DNA of 64,000 nt from the human T2T-CHM13v2.0 reference genome, Homo sapiens. The stretch lies in the NCBI RefSeq assembly GCF_009914755.1, contig NC_060932.1. One strand, given 5' to 3'. Numbering within the stretch: the stretch's first letter is position 1; each line of letters starts with the position of its first letter. The translations under genes were made by a program, and so were the position numbers. The notes below the pieces were generated by a model, which was given only the letters and a program-made list of their open reading frames with translations, was not told the DNA's origin and searched no databases. Positions 42,028 to 55,143 of the stretch are shown piece by piece.

Positions 42028-42332
42028 GGGTGTTCTATAGACACTGTCAAGGAGATCTCTCTTTTTCATCCTTCTGATTTTTCTTTTATACCACTAAGTT
42101 GTCATATGTGTTGTGCTTACATGGAGAGGGCAATAAGGATTCATGTGCATATGTGAGCCATTGAGAAGAGGTGATAATAATTTTGTTTACAAAATTTGAA
42201 TTAAAAATGGAGATATATACAAAACAGAATAAGGCATGTGAACATTGCATGCAAATCCCACATAGGCATTTGTAGCTTAGTAACCTTTCTTCATGCATGA
42301 CTCCATCACTGAAGTCACTGAGGACATCATAA

Positions 42333-42817
<485 letters not shown>

Positions 42818-43959
42818 TTTTTGCCCATTTCTGGAACTGAAAAGTTCTTCAGTGTATTCTCTGCTTAAATGTTACAAATAAGTTTATAAGTATAGTCAAA
42901 TAATCCTAATGGCATGTTTTTTAAAAACTAAATTAAAAACAAAGAGCAAATCATCCTAATTTCTTTTGTCTTTTAAGTTGACCCCAGCTTTGAAGATTAG
43001 CATGTTTCAGGAGGAGATGGGAGTGAAAGGATGTCTTAACAATTCATCTTTGGAGGTTGAATTTGGAATGTGATTACGAATCAGAATGTGTCTGTCTTGC
43101 ACACATCATCTAAGGCTGTATGTTGCCATCAGCAATGAACATGCCTTTAACCTGTTACTGATTTGTGACCATTCTGACTTGAACTTAGCTCTTTTTCTTT
43201 TTGTTCACCTCTACTCCATTATTTTTAGAGATTAAAAAAGAGCTAAATTAGTTTCATTTTGAAAATTTAGTGATAGCCTAGAAGTATAATATAGTAATTT
43301 CCTATTTCCTTTGATGGATGTTTGGTTTGTATAAGAATTTTGTCTATATTCTTTTCTACTTTCTCCCACCCCAAATGGACAACTCATAGCTGTATGTTTC
43401 ATAAGAAAGAAAAAGTAGTTATCTCAAGTCACTTATGGATTTGTGAATCAAGGTTTATTTCAAGTAATTTGGATTATTCCTGTGAATTAGTGATTATATA
43501 AAACTGGTATAAAGGACAATTGACTCCCATTATCAAAGTACCTGAGAAAATAAATTCTCAAAGTGAAATTTGCTTGGACACCATCAAATCAAAGGGAATT
43601 GGCTGGGCTTAAGAAATTTGTAATGCAAGAAAAGAAAAAGTCCGATTATTTTTCTCTGTTGAGAATCGTTATTAATCACAATATTTTCCAGATTTAATGT
43701 CTCTTTATGACGTATTCATTCATATGCCTCTGATTGGAAGTAACTAAAAATACTAAATGTTGAACAATAAGAACATAATAGTACAGATAACTGGAAGGAA
43801 TTAAATAGAACAGTTAAAGGAGAGATGCAATCCCAGGCTTCCCACAATCAAATGGAACCCAGGTTCTTTTCTTGCCATCATCTTTAGCCTGTGCCACTAC
43901 ACTGAGTTGTTGGTACTACATGTGAATCATTACAATGCCAGTGCTGTAGAATAACTGGA

Positions 43960-44147
43960 AGAAAAAATGGATTCAGGTAGACCTGACTCCAGCACTTTCT
44001 AGCTGTTTCACTCCTAAGCCAGTTCCTTAATAACTTATAGCCTCAGGTTTATCATCTGTAAATTGATGATGTTTCCACTGAGGGGGCATCAAAATAATTA
44101 GAAAGAATTGATGTACAATGCCTGAATTATAATAAATATTCACTAAA
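43960..44147 (+). mobile_element. MIR, abutting Tigger1
   Basis: gcctcaggtttatcatctgtaaattg core; acaatgcctga. Confidence 0.6.
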
Positions 44148-44149
44148 TA

Positions 44150-46507
44150 TAGGCACACCTTGGAGATATTGTGGGGTTGGTTCCAGGCCACCACAATAAA
44201 GTGAATATCCCATTAAAGCAAATTACATGAATATTTTGGTTTCCCAGGTCATATAAAAGTTATATTTACACTACACTGTAGTCTACTAAGTGTGTAATAA
44301 TAGCATTATGTTTGAAAAACACTGTATATACCTTAATTAAAAATATTGCTGAAAAGTGCTGATAATCATATAGGCCTTCACTGAGTGATAAATGTTTTGC
44401 TTGATAGAGGGTCTTGCCTCTGATGTTGATAGCTGATGACTAATCAAGGTTGTCGTTACTGAAAATTGGAGTGTTGTCAAAATTTCTTAAAACAACAATG
44501 GAATTTGCCACATGGATTTTTCCTTTCGTGAAAGGGATCTATGTAACCTATGATGCTGTTTGATAGCATTTTACCCACAGTAGAACTTCTTTCAAAATTG
44601 GAATCGGTCCCCTCAACCCCTGCCACTGCTTTATCAATCAAGTTGATATAATAGTCCAAATCCTTTCAACAATATTGATAGCATCTTCACCAGGAGTAGA
44701 TTCCATCTCAAGAAACCAAGAAACCACTTTCTTTGCTCCTCCATAAGAAGACTCCCCATTCATCCAAGTTTGATCATGAGATTACAGCAATTTAGCCACA
44801 TCTTGAAAAAGCTCCACTTCTAATTCTAGTTCTTTTGCTATTTCTGCCACATCTGCAGTTGTTTCACTAAAGTCTTAAACCCCTCAAAGTCATCCATGAG
44901 AGCTGGAATCAACTTCTTCAAAACTCCTAATAATATTTCTATTTTTGACCTCTTCCCATGAATCACAAATATTCACAATGTCATCTAGAATGGTGAATCC
45001 TTTCCAAAAGGTTTTTGATTTACTTTGCTCAGATCCAATAGAGGAATCACAGCTATAGCCTTACAAAATGTTTATCTTAAATAATAAGGCTTGAGAGTCA
45101 AAATTACTCCTTGATTCATGTAGAATGGATGTTGTGTTAGCAGGCATGAACACAACATTAGTCACCTTGTACAGCTCCATCCGAGCTCTTGGGTGACTAG
45201 ATGCATTGTCAAGGAGCAATGGTAATACTTTGAAAGGGATTTTTTTTTTCTGGCAGTAGGTCTCAACAGTAGGCTTAAAATATTCAGTGAAATATGGTGT
45301 AAACAGATGTGCTGTCATCCAGGCTTTTGGTTTTGTTTATAGAGCACAGGCAGAGTAGACTTAACATAATTTTTAAGAGACCTAAGAGTTTCAGAATGGT
45401 AAATGAACACTGGCTTCCACTTAAATTCACCAGGTGCATTAGCCCCTAACAAAAGCATCAGCCTGTCCTTTGAAGCTTTGAAGCCAAGCATTAACTTCTT
45501 CTGCCTAGGTTGGAAAATCCTAGATGGCATCTTCTTCCTCTATGAGGCTGTTTCATCTGCATTCAAACTCTATTGTTTAGTGTAGCCACCCTCATCAATG
45601 ACCTTAGCTAGATCTTCTAGATAACTTGCTGCAGCTTCTCCATCAGAATTTGCTGCTTCACCTTGCATAATTATGTTATGGAGATGGCTCCCTTTCTTAA
45701 TTAACCAACCTCTACTAGCTTAAAACTTTTCTCCTGCAGTTTCCTCACCTCTCTCAGCCTTCGCAGAATTGAAGAGTTATGGCCTGGTTCTGGATTAGGT
45801 TTTGGCTTAAGGGAATGTAGCCAGTTTGATATTCTATCCAGACCACTAAAACTTTCTCCATATCAACAATAAGGCTGTTTCACTTTCTTATCATTTGTGG
45901 GTTCACTGGAGTAGTACATTTAATTTTCCATGAGAAGTTTCTTTTTGCATTCACAACCTGGCTAACGGTTAGTGCAAGAGGCCTAGCATTCAGCCTGTCT
46001 TAGCTTTCAACATGCCCTCCTCATTAAGCTTAATCATTTCTAGCCTTTGATTTAAAGTGAGAGACATGTGACTCTTCCTTTCACTTGAACACTCAGAGGT
46101 TATTTGGCCTAATGTCAGTATGTTTTTGTCCCAGAGAATAGAGGGGCCTGAGAAGAAGGAGAGAGATGGAGGAATGGCTGGTCATTGGAGCAGTCAGAAC
46201 ACACACAATATTTATTAAGTTCACCATCTTATATTGGTGTGGTTGTGGCATCCCAAAACAATTGCAATAGTAACATCAAGGGTCACTGATTATAAATCAC
46301 CGTAACAGATACACTAGTGGTGAAAAGGTTAAAATATTATGAGCATTACCAAAATGTGACACAAAGACACAAAGTGAGCGCGTGCTGTTGGAAAAATGGT
46401 GCCATTAGACTTGTTCGACATAGGGTTATTACAAATCTTCAGTTAGGAAAAAACTCAACATCTGCAAAGTGCAATAAAGATATGCACAATAAAATGAAGT
46501 ATCCCTG
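44150..46507 (-). mobile_element. Tigger1 (TcMar-Tigger) DNA transposon, near full length, transposase decayed
   Basis: TIR ends taggcacacct / aagtatccctg, each flanked by TA (44148-49, 46508-09); minus-strand frames [27 protein letters not shown] and [12 protein letters not shown] are pogo-type DDE transposase remnants. Confidence 0.95.
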
Positions 46508-46809
46508 TAGTCAATGTTATTTTTGCTATTAGTTTAAGAAGTAAACTCATTATAGAAAGCAGATAATGAACTAACTTGGTCCCATTGGGCAACACATTAA
46601 CAATCATGTCTCACAGCAAATCACTTTTGTAGGTTGTTAATCTTATTCATTTTGTGTTTTTTTGTCTTGTTTCAGAGCCTTTATTAGGATTTAGTTAAGG
46701 AAACAAAGCCTCTATAAAGGCCAGAAATGGCCTTTGATGTTACTATTGCAATTGTTTTGGGGTGTCGCAACCAGACCAATATAAGATGGTGAACTTAATG
46801 AATGGCCTT

Positions 46810-47251
46810 CTGTTTTGTGCTGTGATAACACAATACCACAAACAAAGTTCCCCTTTTTAAGATTTGCAGATTGCCCATGGGGAAATCCAGACCAGAAGTT
46901 TTCATTGTTCAGTCCATCTGGGTAATTTATAATAAACAGAAACTTATTGGCTCACAGCTCTGGAGGCTGGGAAGTTTAAGAATGAGGACCAGCGTCCTTT
47001 GAAGGCCATCTTGCTGTGACATTCCATGGTGGAAGTGCAAAAAGAAGGGAGAGAGAGAGAATCCTCTGCACTCCACAATAATGAACCCGCTCTATTCCAC
47101 AATAATGGCATTAATTTATTACGTAGTTTATTCTGAGGCAGAGTTCTCATAGCCCTATCACCTCTTAAAAGTTCTACCTCTTAGTACAGTTACAATGGAA
47201 ATTTAACTTCAACATGAGTTTGTTAGGGGACACATACTTAAACTATAGGCA
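46810..47251 (-). mobile_element. MST-type (MSTC/MSTD-like) MaLR solo LTR containing a foreign 76-bp insert
   Basis: ttttgtgctgtgataacacaataccacaaac|insert|tgggtaatttataa, ggctcacagctctggaggctgggaag, tcacctcttaaa, caacatgagttt. Confidence 0.85.
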
Positions 47252-49329
47252 GAGGCGTTAGAGAACAGAGAAATACTCACTAACCACTTTATCAGAAGCA
47301 CTGTTTGAAGCTGGCAGAGAAATCCAAGAAACCATACACTGAAATGGGACCTGCATGAAGAGAAAAATAGCAAGAATTATGGAAACTGCAATCTCTGGAG
47401 AAGCAGTTTTTGCTATATAACCACAGCCTTCTGGGGTCTTATCTCATGACATCAGCTAAGGCACTATGTGCCAGCAGAATCATCAGCCAGGAAAATGAGC
47501 TAGATCAAGACAGTGATGACAAGTTGGAACCTCTAAAAACTCCCCTCTAGTTGCTCATCACCAGGTCCGATCACACAGTCTTCTGAGAGTAATGGCTTCT
47601 GCTTCACTCCCATCTTCCAAATTTCTCAGAGGCTCCACTTTTAGCCAACTGTATGTCAAAACCATATAGAGAAGGGGAATGTGGTATAATCCTACCATCG
47701 ATTATCTAGTTAAAACATAGTAGCTTTAATTGCAGGAGGAGGGTGGGACAAGTGTTTCTTTTTTTTTTTCATTTTATCATACTTAATTACATTTTTTTCT
47801 CTGCTCCCAGCACAGTTTGAAAAATAGTACGTAAATCACTGCTGAGTCTACCTTTTAAGAATGTAAATCATTTTTCCTTAGCTTTAAAATAATTTAAGTG
47901 TAAACTAAGTTGAAATATACATTAAAAATAGATAATGATGTGCAAACTAGACTTTCTTCATGACTCCTGCATTTTAGCAACTCAACTGATGGTGTAGAGG
48001 AAATCTAATTCTGTTCATAAGGAGATTTGAGCCCCTGTCCTATTTGTTCCATACTTGGCATGTGAGTTGGTAGACCACGGTTTTCTCTTCATCAATAGTC
48101 CACAAGCTTTTTTGATAAAGAGATAATATCTAAAAAATTATTATTCTTCCATATGAATACAGTGATACTCTTTACAATCATTAATTGAGAGATTTGATAA
48201 TCACTAAAACCTAATATGAGTTGAGTATTCTGTTTGATTAATTTATTTTGCATTGATTTCAAAAGTATCTTCATGCCTTTGAGGGTCAAAAAAAGAGTAC
48301 ATTAAAATATGCAAAAAAAGTTCTTATTTAGCATGCAGTCTAAATGGAAATAGGAAGTCGAAGTTCTCTTTTTTAAGATTCATAGATTGCCCCTGCGGGA
48401 CCCCAAACTAGAAGTTTTCATTGTTCAGTCCATCCGCAGGAGTCAGAAATGTCTCACCTGGTGGGAGACCACATCTCTGTGTCTGAGAAATCCATTTCAT
48501 TGCCACCTCTCACAACAGCTGCCATCACTCCAGATTTTCTGTGGCTCATTTCCGTTCATGTTCTTGGATGCAGAATGCATCCTGGCAAATCCTGCTTTCT
48601 TCCTTCCATCAAAAACACAGGGGGAAAACATCTTCTGATTCTTCAATGTGCCTATATCAAAAAAGATCAGATTTTCAGCATACCCTGAGAGGTAAAATAG
48701 AGTGCCAGAGATACAGAGAGAAGAGGATGAGGCCTGGGACTTGGAAACACACAACTTCTATTTTAGGTCATTTAGAAAGATTTTTTGATTATAAGAGTTG
48801 ATGGTGGACAGATGTGTCTTTCTAGTTCTGAGCTTTTAAAAGAACATTTAAATATCTGGTGAGAGTTCAGGAAATCCACATCTATCATTATGCAAGCAGG
48901 GATTTAAGAAAAATATTTTTTCCTTTTTCTCAAGGGTAAAGGAATGGATGAATGAGAAAGCATTTATTAAGTGCTTTGGAGTAAAGGTGCTGCACACAAT
49001 ACACACACTTCATCAGGCATTAAAATGCAACACTGCAACTTAAAAAAAAAAAAAGTAACCTACAATTGCCCATTCAGGACCACACTAGCTTAACTAAGAC
49101 AATGAATGATGCATTTCCCCTGATGCATCTTTAGGAGCATATGAGTAGTTTCAACTGAAAGATTGGTTTTTGCTTTGGCTAAATTTTTCTCCCCACAGTT
49201 AGCTTGTATATTTTTCTCCTCTTTACAAATCCAGAAGGGTATATTGGGGGATTTTGTGCACAAGCAATTATTTTAGCACTGAATTCTCAAAACTCTGGTC
49301 ACACAAAACCTGTGATAGAAAGTCCCAGG

Positions 49330-49510
49330 TTCCCATCCCAAATGTTCCAGTTTTTAGCCACATGAGTTTGGATTTCATCTCTGAGCCTTAGTGCTTCTGT
49401 TGTCAAATCCCCTATTCTGTCTCCCTTATAAGTGCACTGTGACAACTAGTCTCGTAAGGTGATGGATATAACAGTGCTCTAAGAGCTGCGAAAAGCTGTA
49501 CAAAGTAAGA
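49330..49510 (+). mobile_element. MIR, degenerate
   Basis: tttcatctctgagccttagtg; acagtgctctaagagctgcgaaaagctgtacaaagtaag. Confidence 0.45.
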
Positions 49511-49949
49511 TACTGTATATTATTATTTGTATTGCTTGTCTCTTACTGAGCAGTCCAGGGAACCAGCAATGTTCCAAGAGATTAAGATCTCAACTTTGCA
49601 TCTCAATGAAAAACAGCACTTCCAGGACACAAGGCTCTCCTAACATCTCTCCTTGGGGGGAAATGCCTTCTGCTTAATCATCAACATCACCACTTCCTCC
49701 ACTGAGAGCTATATCTGATGATGAATCACCTTAGAAATGATCTAGCCTCACCCCTTGCTAGGCTGAGGAAATCTGAACTTGTCACAGCATTTGTCTTCAG
49801 GGGAGAAAAAAACAAAAACTGAGATACACAGGAAAGTTAGCTTTGTCCAATATAGATTTGCATACTTTATCTTCCATTTTTCTCTATTCAAAGTTGCTCA
49901 CCCTAGTCTTTTTCATGCCTCCTCTTTCTTTCTATGTAGTAATAAATAA

Positions 49950-50100
49950 CTTTCATTTACTCATTTGTTCATTCATCCCACAGACATTTGCTGGGGACCA
50001 GCTATGTAGTTAGCACTGAGTTAGGCACTGGGAATACAATGGTGCACCCGATGGACATGATTTCTTTCCTCACAAATATCATAATCTTGAGTCAGGCGTA
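49950..50100 (-). mobile_element. L2 3' end fragment
   Basis: ttcatttactcatttgttcattcatcc...acatttgctg...ttaggcactgggaatacaatggtg. Confidence 0.7.
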
Positions 50101-50417
50101 CACAGATATAAGAAAAAAAGAGGCAGGAATTGCCCTAGAATATGCACACTTGGACCTAAGAAGAGAATATTTGAAAAAAATTTAATACTCTACAATTAAT
50201 CTCCATTCACTCTACTACTAGGTTGAGAGCTTCTAATCCAGTTTTAGAGGATTGACGTAGGCTTTGTAAAGGTAGTAAGATCTAAATTGAGTCAGGAAAG
50301 GAATATTAGGATTTAGTTCAGAGACTCCACCCCTATTTTCCTTATATTATCATATATTTGACCTCTTCTCTTTTTGAATGTGCTTCCTTTTCCCTCCTCT
50401 TTATCCCTGTAGAATAA

Positions 50418-50706
<289 letters not shown>

Positions 50707-50775
50707 GAATCCACCACTTTTATTTGGCCATAAACAACTGGTATTGCAAGACACCACGATATTGATAATTTTGAG

Positions 50776-50778
<3 letters not shown>

Positions 50779-50809
<31 letters not shown>
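50779..50809. repeat. T31 mononucleotide run
   Basis: Read directly. Confidence 0.95.
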
Positions 50810-50811
<2 letters not shown>

Positions 50812-51617
50812 TACCCATTGGTTGTAAGCCTCAATTGAAACGGTTTGGTCGTGTCTGAATTATTTAAGGAGAAAATTGATAATGTTGCAAAGAGAAATAA
50901 TTAAGGAAATTTTACAATATGTTACTGTCATACCCTTCTGTTGTTTCTTCCATCTCAATAAAACATTTCTGAATAACCTTTCTTAGGACCCTCCTGGCCA
51001 GTGCATTTCCAGCTGTACCCTCACAATTGACTCTCAAGAGGTATTTTGGAGTGTTCCAAAAATGTTAGTTTGAACTTCATTAAGAATATTTTAACTGTCT
51101 TAAGACATACATTAAAAATAAAACATATATTTTAACATATTGATGATATGTACTGCCACACCAATTGTTGGTGCAGCCAGATAAACTTAGCTTTGTGAAA
51201 ACCTCACAGGAATGTTTCTTCTGCTAGACTGCAAGCTATTTAAAAGCTTTTGCCATTTACAACAGCTTACAATTCGAATTTTCTCAATTGTGTAGAAACA
51301 AAATGTATAGATACATTAAATGCTGAAGCTTGTCATCTGTGACATTCATTTTCTAAAATTTTACTTATTATTTTAAATGACTTTGTGGTACCTAATTGTT
51401 ATAAATGTGAAGATCCAAGATAGAAAACATTGTTTTATACACCGGAGTTCTGTCATAAGATTTTTGCTTTGGAAAAAAGATCCCTTTGCTAAATATGTTT
51501 AACAACTGTTGATTTAAGCTCTTGTCTTGCTTTATTCCTCATGCACAATTATGATAACTTAGCAGAATTGGAAGCTTCATCTTATAAAAACAATTCAAGT
51601 AAGAATGAGCTGCTGTG

Positions 51618-53032
51618 ATGGTAGTAGTACCAAAACAGATATATAGAGCAAGGGCACAGAACAGAGGCCTCAGAAATAGCGCCACACATCTACAACCATC
51701 TGATCTTTGACAAACCTGACAAAAACAAGCAATGGGGAAAGGATTCCCTGTTTAATCAATGGTGTTGGGAAAACTGGCTAGCCATATGCAGAAAACTGAA
51801 ACTGGATCCCTTCCTTACACTTTATACAAAAACTAATTCAAGATGGATTAAATACTTAAATGTAAGACCTAAAACCATAAAAAGCCTTGAAGAAAACCTA
51901 GGCAATACCATTCAGGACATAGGCATGGGCAAAGACTTTATGACTAAAACACCAAAAGCAATGGCAACAAAAGTCAAAATTGACAAATGGAATCTAATTA
52001 AACTAAAGAGGTTCTGCACAGAAAAAAAAAAGCTATCATCAGAGTGAACAGGCAACCTACAGAATGGGAGAACATTTTTGCAATCTAGCCATCTGATAAA
52101 GGGCTAATATCCAGAATCTACAAAGAACTTAAACAAATTTACAAGAAACAAATAAACAACCCCATCAAAAAGTGGGTGAAGGATATGAACAGACACTTCT
52201 GAAAAGAAGACATTTATGTGACCAACAAACATATGAAAAAAAGCTCATCATCACTGGTTATTAGAGAAATGCAAATCAAAACCACAATGAGATACCATCT
52301 CATGCCAGCTAGAACGGATATCATTAAAAAGTCAGAAAAAAACAGATGCTGGAGAGGATGTGGAGAAATAGGAACGCTTTTAGACTGTTGGTGAGAGTGT
52401 AAATTAGTTCAACCATTGTGGAAGACAGTGTGGCGATTCCTTAAGGATCTAGAACCAGAAATACCATTTGACCCAGCAATCCCATTACTGGGTACATACC
52501 CAAAGGATTATAAATCATTCTACTGTAAAGACACATGCACATGTATGTTTATTGCAGCACTGTTCACAATAGCAAAGACTTGGAACCAACCCAAATACCC
52601 ATCAATGATAGACTGGATAAAGAAAAGGTGGCACATATATACCACGGCATACTATGCAGTCATAAAAAAGGATGAGTTCATGTCCTTTGCAGCAACATGG
52701 ATGAAGTCGGAAACCATCATTCTCAGCAAGCTAACACAGGAACAGAAAAACAAACACCATATGTTCTCACTCATAAGTGGGAGTTGAACAATGAGAACAC
52801 ATGGACACAGGAAGGGGAACATCACATACCAGGGCCTGTCGGGTGATGGGGGTGGGGGTGGGTAGTGGAGGGATAGCATTAGGAGAAATACATAATGTAG
52901 ATGATGGGTTGATGGGTGCAGCAAACCACCATGACATGTGTATACCTATATAACAAACCTGCACATTCTGCACATGTATACCAGAACTTAGAGTATAATA
53001 AAAAAAAACAAGATAGGAGATGGAAAAAAAAA
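51618..53032 (+). mobile_element. 5'-truncated L1PA (L1PA7-like), ORF2 3' part plus 3' UTR and poly-A
   Basis: ORF2 C-terminus ...HMFSLISGS* (52416-52787); 3' UTR ggagggatagcattaggagaaata...; perfect 17-bp TSD aagaatgagctgctgtg at 51601-51617 and 53033-53049. Confidence 0.97.
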
Positions 53033-53165
53033 AAGAATGAGCTGCTGTGGTGAATCACATAGAGTGATTTTATTTCCCAATGCTCCTCACAGAAGCAGCA
53101 ATATTTTTGTTTTTAAGAGTGATTGATGTCTGCTGCTGTCTGGTCTTTCCTCTCTACTTCAAAAT

Positions 53166-53491
53166 TATATATATACATATATAAAATTATATCTATAAGG
53201 TATCTATGTATTTATGGAGGTATATGTACACATATGTTCATATGAGTGTATATATATACATACATATATACTTGTGTGTATATATGTATATACATCTACA
53301 CATATATACAACCACGTATATATGTGGAGATGTGTATGTATATACATATGTATGTATATATGATTACACATGTGTACACACAATTACATATATGTGTAAT
53401 TATATATACATAGGGACATGTATATACAAACACATCTATACATGTGTAATTATATATATATACACACTATATACATTTATATATGTGTATA
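53166..53491. repeat. Degenerate (TA)/(TG)/(CA) alternating purine-pyrimidine tract
   Basis: About 325 bp, read directly. Confidence 0.9.
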
Positions 53492-53799
53492 TTTTTTGAG
53501 GGTCCTTGTGTTTTAAGGAAATGTACCAATAGTGTAATACTATCCTCACTCCTTCCAGGCTGACCTGTTCCAACTGGAACCCTATGTTTCACAATTTATA
53601 GAAAAATGATACCACCAAGCAATTGAGAGGGTCAACATTATCTCTGATAATAAAGTTTAAAGATGGTATGGGATAAAAAATTGTGTGTTTTGATGTAAAA
53701 TCACAGAAGCTTGAGATTTTACCTTTAATGAGGGAAGAATGGAAAGGTAAAAGACGGACAGGGAACTGACTGATGTCACTAATAGTTGTAAGAGTTTGT

Positions 53800-54331
53800 A
53801 ATCTTTTCTGCTGGCCAGAATACATATATGACAGCTTGAGCTCCAGCAGCTATCCTGGACTCCGAGTGGAACTTGGAGGTAGAATGTACATACTTAGAAT
53901 GATAAAGCAAAAAGACTAAAAGGGCTTGGGCTCTTGCTGGCCGTGGGACTTCCCTCCTAACATTGGATTGCCTGCTTCTGGATTTACTATACATGAGGGA
54001 AAAAAATCAACTCTTAAGGGTTTAAGCCACTGCTATTTTGGGTTTTCTGTTTCATGCCACCAAATCCAAGAGTAATACCTTCCAGTGGTGGTATCTGCAT
54101 TTCAACAGGCATTGAAAAGTTAACCAAAAAATGAAACTCTGTCCCCAAGTTTCAGGCAGAAACCAGCAGCAGGATTTTGAGATCTTAGATCTTCTTTGGG
54201 ATTTTGAGATCCTTGTTGGGATGTATCCCTAATATCTACAAAAATAGAGCTGTATTTTGTAATTACCTTCTACCTGAGCAACTCTGCTATGTTAATCAAT
54301 CTATAAAATAACATGAAAATGCTAAAAAAAA
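53800..54331 (+). pseudogene. Retroposed non-coding insert (orphan transduction or retrocopy) containing an MLT1J-like LTR 3' half
   Basis: Perfect 19-bp direct repeat aatagttgtaagagtttgt at 53781-53799 and 54332-54350; A10 at 54324-54333; TATAAA at 54302; MLT1-like sequence at 53801-54078. Confidence 0.7.
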
Positions 54332-54843
54332 AATAGTTGTAAGAGTTTGTTACATCATAACACTGGCTGCATAATTAGTCAAGGTAACTGGTTGTTCTAC
54401 ACACAAAATTTGAATTTTTCCTTCTTTCTGCCTTGTCATGTCCACACTCTTTCATCTTTGTGTTTTAGTACTGTCTGGTATCCATGTCTGTCACTACAAC
54501 CTGAGTTCACTTTTTTAGACATTAGTTCAACTTACTCTCATCTGAACCAAACCTATTCTGTGCTCAAATCTCTGAGTTGATGGGTTGATACCAATTTTGC
54601 CCTTTCAAAATAGGTAAATACTTTTTCTTCTTATAAGAAAGTTGCAATATTTCCATTTTAATTCAAAGGAATCACATGGGTTTTAGTTCTGACTTTCACT
54701 GTCATTGATTTAAATGTTAAAGTCATTGACTGTCACCTTAACTGATCAGAGGAGAGTTACTCTAAAGTGTAGGCAACTTTGGAGACAATTTGGGGATAGA
54801 GCCATTTTTCATAGTATATTTTAAAAGTACTTCTTGTTGTTTC

Positions 54844-55143
54844 TTTTTTTTTTTTTTTTTTGAGACGGAGTCTTGCTTTGTCACCCAGGCTGGAGTGCAG
54901 TGACTTGATCTCAGCTCACTGCAGCCTCTGCCTTTCAGATTCAAGCAATTCTCCCACCTAGGCCTCCCGAGTAGCTGGGATTACAGGCACCCATCACCAC
55001 ACCCCGCTAATTTTTTGTATTTTTAGTAGAGATGTTGTTTCGCCATGTTGGACAGGCTGGTCTTGAACTCCTGACCTCAGGTGATCTGCCCGCCTCAGCC
55101 TCCCAAAGTGCTGGGATTACAGATATGAGCCACCACACCTGGC
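54844..55143 (-). mobile_element. Alu, AluSx-like
   Basis: Full antisense dimer; ctgacctcaggtgatc; TSD ttgttgtttctt on both sides. Confidence 0.95.

Noticed and set aside
44076-44091. CTCF-like motif ccactgagggggca (also a weak one near 38250)
   Set aside because: Needs a gap or several mismatches in the core
45061-45530. TIGD1-like transposase gene
   Set aside because: Fragmented frames inside an ordinary Tigger1 copy, not a domesticated gene
50779-50809. T31 as the tail of a retroposed insert
   Set aside because: No matching TSD or element body found downstream
52416-52787. 123-aa ORF as a gene
   Set aside because: C-terminal remnant of L1 ORF2 in a 5'-truncated element
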